In this document: piece after piece, positions 32,263 to 40,855 of the stretch
How the letters are laid out: the number at the start of each line of letters is the position of its first letter
How positions within the stretch are numbered: position 1 is the stretch's first letter
Source: Anaerohalosphaeraceae bacterium
Lineage (GTDB): Bacteria > Planctomycetota > Phycisphaerae > Sedimentisphaerales > Anaerohalosphaeraceae
Direction of reading: 5' to 3'
Assembly (NCBI GenBank): GCA_050309605.1
Contig: JBNRMN010000064.1
Location: 1 to 64,000, forward strand
DNA length: 64,000 nt
Notes under the pieces: generated by a model
What the model saw: the letters and a program-made list of their open reading frames with translations, nothing else
What the model was told of the DNA's origin: nothing
Database searches by the model: none
Position numbers and translations under genes: made by a program

Positions 32263-32558
32263 TTCTCGATGCGGTGCTTTCAGATGCAGTACCGGTGGCC
32301 TGTCTGTTGTGATGTTGACTTTGCCGGCACGGCGTCGGCGAATGCAAGAGCACGCGGAAATTTGAATTGTCGAGGTGATTGAGCCATAATAAAACAACCC
32401 AAACGGAAAGATCGGTGTAACAACAAGAGGCGATGGGCAATGCAGCAAACATTTTTCCGGAATTGTGGTACGGGGTTTGACGGGAAACGGCGGGCCGGCT
32501 ATAATAGGGTGTATTGTGGCCTTCGAAAACCCTGTTGACTGTAAAACGGAGGTGACTT

Positions 32559-33020
32559 ATGAAAGTGATAGAATTTCTGGACTCCCAAGGCGTTCATTAT
32601 GAGATGAGCCAGCATCGTCCGGTGTTTACCGCGCAGCAAATGGCCGCCGAAGAACATGTGCCGGGCATGGCGGTGGCCAAACCGGTCGTGGTGCGGGCCG
32701 ACAAGACGTATTATTTATGCGTGCTCCCGGCCTGCTGCAAAGTCGATTTTGACGTCTTAAAGAACGCGCTCGGCGCTGCCGATGTGGTATTGGCCGATGA
32801 AGATGCAATCGCCAAACTATTTGACGATTGCACACTGGGCGCCGAGCCGCCGTTCGGCCGCCTGTACGGACTGGAAACACTGATGGATGCAACGCTGGAA
32901 CAAGACACGTTTATCGTGTTTCAGGCCGGAACACATGAGTTGGCGATACGAATGGATTTGGATGATTATAAAAAACTGGCTCAGCCGCGGGTTTTGAATT
33001 TCAGTTACCATATGCGATAA
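32559..33020 (+). CDS. YbaK/EbsC aminoacyl-tRNA deacylase family protein
   Basis: VAKPVV, GAEPPFG, FQAGTH; RBS GGAGGT. Confidence 0.88.
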   Translation: MKVIEFLDSQGVHYEMSQHRPVFTAQQMAAEEHVPGMAVAKPVVVRADKTYYLCVLPACCKVDFDVLKNALGAADVVLADEDAIAKLFDDCTLGAEPPFGRLYGLETLMDATLEQDTFIVFQAGTHELAIRMDLDDYKKLAQPRVLNFSYHMR

Positions 33021-33100
33021 CGAACGCCCCGGAATAGGGAAGACGGAGCGGATTTCCGGTATCCGGTGCATGCACAGGACTTTTTTTGCGGAGGCCGTAC

Positions 33101-35449
33101 ATGGTCAGACAAGGAGTTGTTTTTTTTACAGCGGCAATAATGGCGGCGGGGATGGTGCCCCAAACGTATGCACAAGGTGATGAGGAGGCAATTTTTTCGC
33201 CTCTGACCGCCTCGGTTTTTGTCAAAACCGCACGAGAGATTTTTCGTGAGGACCCTTCCCGTATTGAATTGGCCATGCGGTTTCTGGAAGCCGCCGATGC
33301 GCTGGATCGCAGTTCGGCGGGCATTCCGGAACAAGTATTGCGCATCGGCGCCGAGAGTTGTGTGGGGCAAACCGATTATTCGCAGGCCATGACCTCCGCA
33401 CTGCGGTCATACATTGGACGCCAATTTGATCTGGAAGTTGCCTTGTCCGCCATCCGGTGTATGTTGTCGCGACTGGATACCCGTCAGGATCGCGAGGCGT
33501 TGCTGGGTCGTTTGCTTCGCCGCTATGCTCCGGTCAACGAGAGGCTCGGCTCGGAACTGGCCACTCAGCTCGGTCTGTTGGCAATGGAAAAGACAGACAT
33601 TGAGACGGCCAGACATCAGTTTAATTACGCTTATTCGCTGAATCCGTATAATGATCTGGCCTTTCAGATGCTTCGTGAGGTCTATGCCGCCGAGGGGTTG
33701 TCCGTCAGCCCTGAAGCCTACGCCGTTCATCTTCGCAGAATGATCGACGTCAATCCTTATGATCTGTCCGCAGGGCTGCGATATGCGGATCTTCTCAGGC
33801 AGTTCGAGTTATACGCGCCGGCGGCGCGGATGTATGAATACACCGACAGCGTGTTTCAGTCCCGCTTTCCGGATCAACAGACCGATCAGAGCATCTATCT
33901 GCCCTGGCTGCTGAGCTGTTATCATACGCCTCGTTTGCTGACGCAGTGTCTTGACCTTGCCGAGCGGTTTCGTTCCGAGACGACGTTTGATCTGATGCTC
34001 GAAGCGGTTGCCGGTCGCGCCGCCGCCAAGCTGGGTCGAGCAGAACAGGCCCGCCGTATTCTTGAACAGGCCGCCGATAACGCCGAACAAATGCTCGGCG
34101 AAAAGGATCTTGCGCTGCCGATTTATCCCGAACATCTGGCGTGGTTTTTCAGTTTCATTCTGGAACGTCCGGACAATGCCCTGGCCTGGAGCAATCAGGC
34201 CTTCAGTCAGGCACCGGATCGGCACGGGGTGCGTGCTGTTTTTGCCTATACACTGGCGGTCAATGAGCAGTATGAATTGGCCCGACAATACGCCGAATCG
34301 TCGGCCCAGAGCGACCAGACAGCGGCGATTACGATGGCATTGGTGCATCGTCATGAGGGGAATCGGCAGGAAGCGATTGATCTGCTTCGTCGTGCGATTG
34401 CCATGGGGGCGGACACATTTGAAGCTGAAAAAGCCAAATCGCTTTTGACCGATCTGGGGGCAGATTATCTGACGCCGCCGGTTGCTCAGGCGATTGAGAA
34501 AACGCTTGAAGAGCAGTTTGGCTCCCGTGTTGTGCCGGTTTATACCGAGCCGCGGCAGCGCTTCGCAGCCAAACTGATGTTCAACAGCAGCAATATCCTC
34601 TACGGCGCAGAATTTGACGCGCGGCTGGTTATCGAAAACAACAGTTCCGCCCCCCTGTTGATTCAGGATGAGGGGATGCTGACGGGGGTGGTTCGGGTTG
34701 ATGCGGCGGTGCGCGGCGATTTGACAATGCAGCTTCCCGACGTGCTGACGATACGGTTTCGTCCCAATCGGCCGATACAGCCCAACGAACACATTTTTAT
34801 TCCGCTGGATCTGCGTACCGGCAAACTCCGCCGTCTGTTGGCGAGCTATCCGCAGGCCACGCTCGAATTGGAGTTTAGCGTCTATCTGGATCCGGTTCTG
34901 CACGAAGACGGCACGGTGAGCAACGCCCTTCGGGACCTTTCGCCTGTTCGCGCCACGCTGAGACGTCGGGGCGTCAATTTGACGCGCGATTTTATGTTGC
35001 AGCGACTGGATGCGTTGGCCAAAGGACAGGAAGGCCAGAAGATTCTGGCCGCGCGCCTGTTTGCAGGTCTGTTGGCTGAACAGGAGGCGTTTCGCCGGGG
35101 GCAGGCGGACTATGGCTATACGCGGGTTGAGCCGTCGCTGCTGGTGGATTCGGTTCGCCGAGTACTGACGGATGAGAATTGGCCGCTTCGTGTGCATATA
35201 ATGGAGGAGATCAGTTATCTTGAATTTTCGAGCGACTTTACCCTGATTCAGACGCTTTCGAGCAATTTGGATCATAACCGCTGGCCGGTGCGGTTTATGA
35301 CGCTGTATGTGCTCAGCCGAATTCAGGGCGGCGCATTTCAGCCGGTGTTGGATTGGAAGGCACAATATGATCCTCACCATCTGACTCGACGACTTGCGGT
35401 GGCCCTGGGCGGCAAAGAACCCCCGCAGCCTCAGCGAGACCCCAGATAA
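33101..35449 (+). CDS. Secreted TPR/HEAT-repeat protein
   Basis: Signal-peptide-like N-terminus after GGAGG, helical TPR-like repeats and a HEAT-like C-terminus. Confidence 0.75.
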   Translation: MVRQGVVFFTAAIMAAGMVPQTYAQGDEEAIFSPLTASVFVKTAREIFREDPSRIELAMRFLEAADALDRSSAGIPEQVLRIGAESCVGQTDYSQAMTSALRSYIGRQFDLEVALSAIRCMLSRLDTRQDREALLGRLLRRYAPVNERLGSELATQLGLLAMEKTDIETARHQFNYAYSLNPYNDLAFQMLREVYAAEGLSVSPEAYAVHLRRMIDVNPYDLSAGLRYADLLRQFELYAPAARMYEYTDSVFQSRFPDQQTDQSIYLPWLLSCYHTPRLLTQCLDLAERFRSETTFDLMLEAVAGRAAAKLGRAEQARRILEQAADNAEQMLGEKDLALPIYPEHLAWFFSFILERPDNALAWSNQAFSQAPDRHGVRAVFAYTLAVNEQYELARQYAESSAQSDQTAAITMALVHRHEGNRQEAIDLLRRAIAMGADTFEAEKAKSLLTDLGADYLTPPVAQAIEKTLEEQFGSRVVPVYTEPRQRFAAKLMFNSSNILYGAEFDARLVIENNSSAPLLIQDEGMLTGVVRVDAAVRGDLTMQLPDVLTIRFRPNRPIQPNEHIFIPLDLRTGKLRRLLASYPQATLELEFSVYLDPVLHEDGTVSNALRDLSPVRATLRRRGVNLTRDFMLQRLDALAKGQEGQKILAARLFAGLLAEQEAFRRGQADYGYTRVEPSLLVDSVRRVLTDENWPLRVHIMEEISYLEFSSDFTLIQTLSSNLDHNRWPVRFMTLYVLSRIQGGAFQPVLDWKAQYDPHHLTRRLAVALGGKEPPQPQRDPR

Positions 35450-35608
35450 AAGACAGAGAAAAGCATAATAGGTCGACTTTCGCCCGCCGGCAGAAAACGA
35501 AAAATTTTTACAAATATAGAAAAAATCTATTGAGTTGTCGGCTGAAATTTCGTAAATTCGCCACTCTTGTTTAGCATGTGTTAATAACCTAATGGAAAGG
35601 GATGAACA

Positions 35609-35782
35609 ATGCCTGCAAAAGTAGATGCAAGTACGTGTACCGGATGTGAGGCGTGTGTGGATTCGTGTCCGAGCGAAGCGATTGAAATGAAGGACGGCAA
35701 AGCGGTGGTCATCGAAGACAAGTGCGTCGATTGCGGCGTGTGCGTCGATGAGTGCCCCGTCGAAGCCATCAGTATGGAATAA
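35609..35782 (+). CDS. 2[4Fe-4S] ferredoxin (57 aa; not in the ORF track)
   Basis: MPAKVDASTCTGCEACVDSCPSEAIEMKDGKAVVIEDKCVDCGVCVDECPVEAISME*, with two CxxCxxCxxxCP motifs. Confidence 0.95.
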   Translation: MPAKVDASTCTGCEACVDSCPSEAIEMKDGKAVVIEDKCVDCGVCVDECPVEAISME

Positions 35783-35792
35783 TTGGATTGCC

Positions 35793-35865
35793 GGCCCCAT
35801 CGTCTAGAGGCCTAGGACACCGGGTTTTCAACCCGGCGACAGGGGTTCGAATCCCCTTGGGGCTA
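35793..35865 (+). tRNA. tRNA-Glu(TTC)
   Basis: GGCCCCA/TGGGGCT acceptor stem, CCGGG-TTTTCAA-CCCGG anticodon arm, GTTCGAATC. Confidence 0.95.
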
Positions 35866-35873
35866 AAATATTG

Positions 35874-35909
35874 AAAAGGTCGTTTTCTGCTCGAAAACGG
35901 CCTTTTTTC
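35874..35909 (+). terminator. Intrinsic terminator after tRNA-Glu
   Basis: AAAAGGTCGTTTTC...GAAAACGGCCTTTTTT. Confidence 0.6.
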
Positions 35910-35956
35910 TTCTTAATCGCAAACGTCGAATCAACCGTCTGTATGGAGAGATAATC

Positions 35957-36889
35957 ATGTCGGCAAAAATAACCGTGGTCGGTGCCGGGAACGTCGGAGC
36001 AACGGCGGCGTTTATGGCCTCGCAAAAGGGCCTGGGGTCCGTCGTGCTGCTTGATATTGTAGAAGGCTTGGCTGAGGGCAAGGCGCTGGATATGGCGCAG
36101 GCCAAAGCCGTTTATCCGGCCGCCGGGCAGGTGACAGGGACGCGCAACTGGACAGATACGGCCGACAGCGACGTGGTGATTATCACCAGCGGCCTGGCGC
36201 GCAGACCGGGGATGAGCCGCGATGATTTGCTGGCCAAAAACGCACAGATTGTCAAGTCTGTGACCGAACAGATTGTCCACACCTCGCCGAAGGCGTTTAT
36301 TATTGTGGTCAGCAACCCGCTGGACGTGATGACGTATGTGGCCGCGAAGGTCAGCGGATTTGACCAACAGCGTGTGATGGGAATGGCCGGGGCCCTCGAT
36401 TCAGCGCGGTTTGCCTGTTTTGTCGCCGAGGAGCTGGGGGTTTATGTCGGCGATGTCAGCGGCGTCCTGATGGGCGGGCACGGCGATGATATGGTGCCGC
36501 TGCCGCGCTATACAACGGTGGCCGGGGTTCCGCTGACCGAATTGATGGCGTCCGAGAGAATCGACGCGCTTGTCGAACGCACCCGAAAAGGCGGCATTGA
36601 AATCGTCAATCTGCTGGGGACCAGCGCCTATTATGCGCCGGCGGCCGGGGCGGTCGCCATGGCCGAGGCCATTCTGAAAAACACCCGTCGGATTATGAGC
36701 TGTTGTGTCTATTGCGACGGTCCGTACGGCATCCGAGGCGATTATGTCGGCGTGCCGGCGATGCTGGGCAAAAACGGCGTTGAGAAAATTATCGAATTGG
36801 CATTAAACAAGACCGAACAGGCGATGTTCGAGGCTTCGGCAGCTCATGTTCGGGCGCTGACGGACAAGGTGGATACGATGCTCAAGTAA
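35957..36889 (+). CDS. mdh: Malate dehydrogenase (LDH-like)
   Basis: GAGNVG, RRPGMSRDDLL, NPLD, LDSAR, GGHGD. Confidence 0.95.
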   Translation: MSAKITVVGAGNVGATAAFMASQKGLGSVVLLDIVEGLAEGKALDMAQAKAVYPAAGQVTGTRNWTDTADSDVVIITSGLARRPGMSRDDLLAKNAQIVKSVTEQIVHTSPKAFIIVVSNPLDVMTYVAAKVSGFDQQRVMGMAGALDSARFACFVAEELGVYVGDVSGVLMGGHGDDMVPLPRYTTVAGVPLTELMASERIDALVERTRKGGIEIVNLLGTSAYYAPAAGAVAMAEAILKNTRRIMSCCVYCDGPYGIRGDYVGVPAMLGKNGVEKIIELALNKTEQAMFEASAAHVRALTDKVDTMLK

Positions 36890-36942
36890 CATCGATTGAA
36901 TTCGGCGGTCTTGACTGATGTGTTCGGTCTTGCCGGGAAGGC

Positions 36943-38919
36943 TCAAAGCCCTTCAGGGGTTTTTTCCTTGCCTTCTTCAAGTTTTTTGTTGAACATCCGG
37001 ATCTGCATATCGATCGCGACCAGTGCCCAGTCGATATAGTGCAGTTTATGATAAGGCTGTTGATGCGCTTCGTTCATCAAGCCGTCATAGATGGCGTCGA
37101 GAAAACGCCCCTTTGTACGTCGTGAAATGGGTTCCGGCGCGGCCGCCCATTCCCGCAGTTCCTGGTATTCATTACGCAGCCGCCGGCTGGCCGTCAGTTG
37201 TTCGGCGGTCAGGTAATTGCCCGGGTTGAGCGAAAGCTGCAACCCCTTCAGCGCCATAATCAGCGGCTCGTAATTGGCCCGGCTGTCCAGCCGCATAAAC
37301 TTATACTGATTGATGTAGATGGGGTATTTGGCCGCCTGGCTGACAGCGCTGTCGGGCGTCATCTTATACTGGCGTTTGCTGGTTCGTGCAAAGACCAGTT
37401 CTTCGCCGCAGTCGCTGCGCTGAATTTCTTTTTGAATCATCCGTGAAACCGCCAGCCGTCCGCTCTGGGTAATCTGCGTTCCCCCGCCCAGAACAAACAG
37501 ACACTTGACAAAACTCATCGGCAAGGTGGTTTGCTTGCCGATTTGCGTATGACGAAGCTGAAAAGACAGATGCAGGCTGTGGGGGTTGACCGGATAGAAA
37601 CGGGTTATTTCGTGGATGAGCTGATTCAGTACCCACGGATCGGGAGTGGCGGGCTTTGAGATTTCGCCGAGGGTGTTCAATCGTCCCGGCGCCAGTTCGA
37701 GAAAGCCGCGTTTGCCGGGTCCGGGGTCTCCGGAATGGTCGTCCACATAGCCGCCCAGCCGCCAGGTCAGCACATCCAGCGCAAACTCATGAAAATAGCG
37801 AAATCCATCAAAAACAGGGTCCTGATGGGCTTGTATCGTGTCCACCGCCCGTACGCCCAGATTGCTCAGTTCCACTTCGGCGCCCATCGGCACCAGGCCG
37901 GGATGAAGATTGTTGCGCACGTTGAGCATATCACCCTGAACGACGCGCGGGTCAAAGGTGTTCTCCGCCGCTGAAATGGCGTACTTGACATAGTCAATCA
38001 GGTCATACCGTCCGTCCGGCGGCATGGTCTCCAGTCCCCTTCGCAGAATCATATCGACGGCGGTATGATTTCGATTGACCATACGCAGGGCAATCAGCAG
38101 ACTCAACGCTCGATTGAAGTATCGCGGATTCGGCGCCAGACGGTCCAATTCATAGCGAAATCGTTCGTGAATCAGAGATTCAAAATGATTCAGCAGGGTT
38201 TGCTTCATCACGAGGGCTAAATAATTGTACAGATAAGGCCCCGCCTGTCGGTCGTTTATCAGCGTCTGAATGGAAGGGACGGGACGGCTCAGTTCGTGTT
38301 CCAGATAGTAATCGCTGACGGCGTCCTGTCCCAGATGACTGACGACCAGATCGCGTTCGGTCGTGCCGATCAATTCACGTCGGGCCATGCGTTCGATGTT
38401 GGCATCGGGCGACTGCTCACCGGGGCGCGTGTGCCTGTCAAAAAACTTTTCGATGCGTTTGCGCAGCCACAATTCGTGGATCAAATTCACGTGAAAGCGA
38501 TCGCCAAAGCGTTTTTTCATTGTTCGCGGGCTGGCCAGGTACGCCTGCGCCTCCACCGGGCCGTTGGCGGTGTTGACTTTGACGGTTTCGCGTTCGTAGT
38601 GTTTGCCTTCGTATTTGTCGATCACCGACATCGCCGACGGGGGGACATTGTAGATGACAAATCCCTGAATCTTGGCGGTCGGATCGGGAATGGCATAGAA
38701 ATACACATTGTCAGGGCTGACGCGGCGGTAGTCGGGCAGCATGGCCAGTTCGGCCGCCAGCACATTCCACGGCGTCGATTCGGACGGCTTGAGGGTAAAG
38801 CTGAACCCGCAGACCGACTCAAAGATCGACGGCTCGCGCAGCGACCCATAGACAAACAGATTGGTGGTTGTTTTTTTATCAATAAGTGTCTGCATAGCAG
38901 CGTTATTCTCCGAAATCAT
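36943..38919 (-). CDS. Gamma-glutamylcyclotransferase (AIG2-like) domain fused to a large C-terminal domain (possible COOH-NH2 ligase fold)
   Basis: N-terminal LFVYGSLR...DKYEGKHYER; C-terminal GAEVELS, LELAP, HSLH. Confidence 0.75.
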   Translation of the reverse strand: MISENNAAMQTLIDKKTTTNLFVYGSLREPSIFESVCGFSFTLKPSESTPWNVLAAELAMLPDYRRVSPDNVYFYAIPDPTAKIQGFVIYNVPPSAMSVIDKYEGKHYERETVKVNTANGPVEAQAYLASPRTMKKRFGDRFHVNLIHELWLRKRIEKFFDRHTRPGEQSPDANIERMARRELIGTTERDLVVSHLGQDAVSDYYLEHELSRPVPSIQTLINDRQAGPYLYNYLALVMKQTLLNHFESLIHERFRYELDRLAPNPRYFNRALSLLIALRMVNRNHTAVDMILRRGLETMPPDGRYDLIDYVKYAISAAENTFDPRVVQGDMLNVRNNLHPGLVPMGAEVELSNLGVRAVDTIQAHQDPVFDGFRYFHEFALDVLTWRLGGYVDDHSGDPGPGKRGFLELAPGRLNTLGEISKPATPDPWVLNQLIHEITRFYPVNPHSLHLSFQLRHTQIGKQTTLPMSFVKCLFVLGGGTQITQSGRLAVSRMIQKEIQRSDCGEELVFARTSKRQYKMTPDSAVSQAAKYPIYINQYKFMRLDSRANYEPLIMALKGLQLSLNPGNYLTAEQLTASRRLRNEYQELREWAAAPEPISRRTKGRFLDAIYDGLMNEAHQQPYHKLHYIDWALVAIDMQIRMFNKKLEEGKEKTPEGL

Positions 38920-38929
38920 AAATCACTTG

Positions 38930-40081
38930 TCAATGGACAATGCGATTGACGTGAGCGTGGATGAAGGTCAGAATTTCATAACAAATCGTATCGGCCAGTT
39001 CCGCCAGGGCATAGGCCGAGCAGGGTGAGTCGTGGTCATTGTCCAGCACCGTTACCATTTGTCCCGGCTCGGCGTCCGGCACATCCGTTACGTCAAGAAT
39101 CACCTGATCCATACACACCCGCCCGATGACCGGTACGATATGCTTTCCGATTTTCATTTTGGCGCGGTTAGAAAAACAGCGGCGATATCCGTCGGCGTAC
39201 CCCAGCGGGACAATAGCGGCCACGGTATCGCGTACCGGAATGAATGAACGACCGTAACTGACCGAATGGCCGGCCGGAATTCGGTGCAGTTGCGCAATGG
39301 GCGCTTCGAGCCGAAGCACGGGCTTGAGTGAAATCGGCGGCTGAGCCATCCGGCGGGAATAATAGCCGTACATCGAAATACCGCAGCGCACCATATCATA
39401 ATGCGCACGGGGCAGTTTGATTGTACCGGCGCTGTTGGCCGCGTGAATAGTGACATCTCTGCGTCCTTTGAGCCGATGTGTGTCGAGGAACTGCTCGAAA
39501 CGGTCGATTTGCTCTTCGGCGTAAGAGAGGTCTTCTTCGTCGGCGGTGGCAAAGTGCGTAAAGACGCCGACCAGTCGGATATTTTCGCAGTCTTCAATCG
39601 CCTCCAGCAGCGTCGCGGCCGACGTCGGTTCGACTCCGCAGCGCCCCATGCCCGTTTCGATGTTCAGATGCACACGAAGAACCAGCGACGTGCCGGCCAG
39701 AATGCTTTTTACAAATCGCAGGCTTTCAATTGAGGTCAAAACACACTCAAGACCTTCGCGGGCGCAGATGCGAATTTGTTCAATCGACCAGACGGGACTG
39801 ACCGGCTCCAGAATCAAAATCGATTTCTTGCAGGCCATAACGGCGATGTGCAGCGCCTCATAGAACGTGGCCACCGCATACGCATCCACCGGCCCTTTTT
39901 GGAGAATGTTGACGATTTCGGTGATGCCGTGTCCGTAGGCGTTGGCCTTGACTACGGCACAGAATTTGGTATGGGCCGGACACAGACTGCGCAATTTCTT
40001 CACATTGTCCAGTACATCTTTCGAATGAATATGCGCCTGCAAATCGGGGCGAATATACTGTTGTGTTCGATAGACTTTCAT
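38930..40081 (-). CDS. alr: Alanine racemase
   Basis: AVVKANAYGHG, ETGMGRCG, THFATAD, GYADGY, GRVCMDQ. Confidence 0.96.
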   Translation of the reverse strand: MKVYRTQQYIRPDLQAHIHSKDVLDNVKKLRSLCPAHTKFCAVVKANAYGHGITEIVNILQKGPVDAYAVATFYEALHIAVMACKKSILILEPVSPVWSIEQIRICAREGLECVLTSIESLRFVKSILAGTSLVLRVHLNIETGMGRCGVEPTSAATLLEAIEDCENIRLVGVFTHFATADEEDLSYAEEQIDRFEQFLDTHRLKGRRDVTIHAANSAGTIKLPRAHYDMVRCGISMYGYYSRRMAQPPISLKPVLRLEAPIAQLHRIPAGHSVSYGRSFIPVRDTVAAIVPLGYADGYRRCFSNRAKMKIGKHIVPVIGRVCMDQVILDVTDVPDAEPGQMVTVLDNDHDSPCSAYALAELADTICYEILTFIHAHVNRIVH

Positions 40082-40800
40082 TTTCGATCCGGGTGTAAAA
40101 TCTGACGGCGAAGTCTGAACAATTCCTTAAAAGCGCGGATAATGACCCTTGGATTGGCGCCGGTGGCTCGGCCGGCGATTCGCGGATAATGCCGCACACC
40201 GACCTGTGTGATTCGGCAGCCTTTGCGTTTGGCGCGGGCAAGAATTTCGGTATCGATCAGTGCGCCGGTGCTGAGCATCTCCATTCCGTCGAACACGCTG
40301 CGCCGGTACAGTTTAAACGCGCAGTCGATGTCTTTGAGCGGCAAACCAAATAAAAACCCGACCAGACGTGTCCAGCAGAAGGCGTTTAACTTCCGGATGA
40401 GTCCTTCCTGTCGATTCAGCCGATAGCAACTGACGATGTCGTATTGATCCTTCAGCTCCAGCAGCGGCGGCAAGTCGTTCAGATCAAATTGACCGTCGCC
40501 GTCGGTGTAGAAGACCCAGTCCCTGGACGCGGCGCGAAAACCGCTTTGCAGAGCAGCGCCATAACCGCGATTGATCGGATGATGCACCACGCGAATCCGT
40601 TGGTTATCCGCCGCCAAACGATCGGCGATCTGGCCCGTTCGGTCGGTGCTGCCGTCATCAACGATGATGACTTCGTAATCGGCGCCGATCGACTCAAGCA
40701 CATCAACGGCTTTTCGGGTCAGCGGTTCAATCGCCTCTTGTTCGTTCCAGCACGGAAAGAACACACTCAGCGAAACGGGATGTGAGTCTGTCGCGGACAT
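40078..40800 (-). CDS. GT2 glycosyltransferase (DPM1-like polyprenol-phosphate glycosyltransferase)
   Basis: VDDGSTD, NRGYGAAL, TDGDGQ, DIDCAFKL. Confidence 0.9.
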   Translation of the reverse strand: MSATDSHPVSLSVFFPCWNEQEAIEPLTRKAVDVLESIGADYEVIIVDDGSTDRTGQIADRLAADNQRIRVVHHPINRGYGAALQSGFRAASRDWVFYTDGDGQFDLNDLPPLLELKDQYDIVSCYRLNRQEGLIRKLNAFCWTRLVGFLFGLPLKDIDCAFKLYRRSVFDGMEMLSTGALIDTEILARAKRKGCRITQVGVRHYPRIAGRATGANPRVIIRAFKELFRLRRQILHPDRK

Positions 40801-40855
40801 ATTATTCTGTTGGTTCCGGAATTGGCCGCTATGATTCTTTTTGCCGTAAACACCG

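Noticed and set aside
33809..35800. 663-aa minus-strand ORF
   Set aside because: Antisense to the TPR gene and the ferredoxin; no protein motifs.
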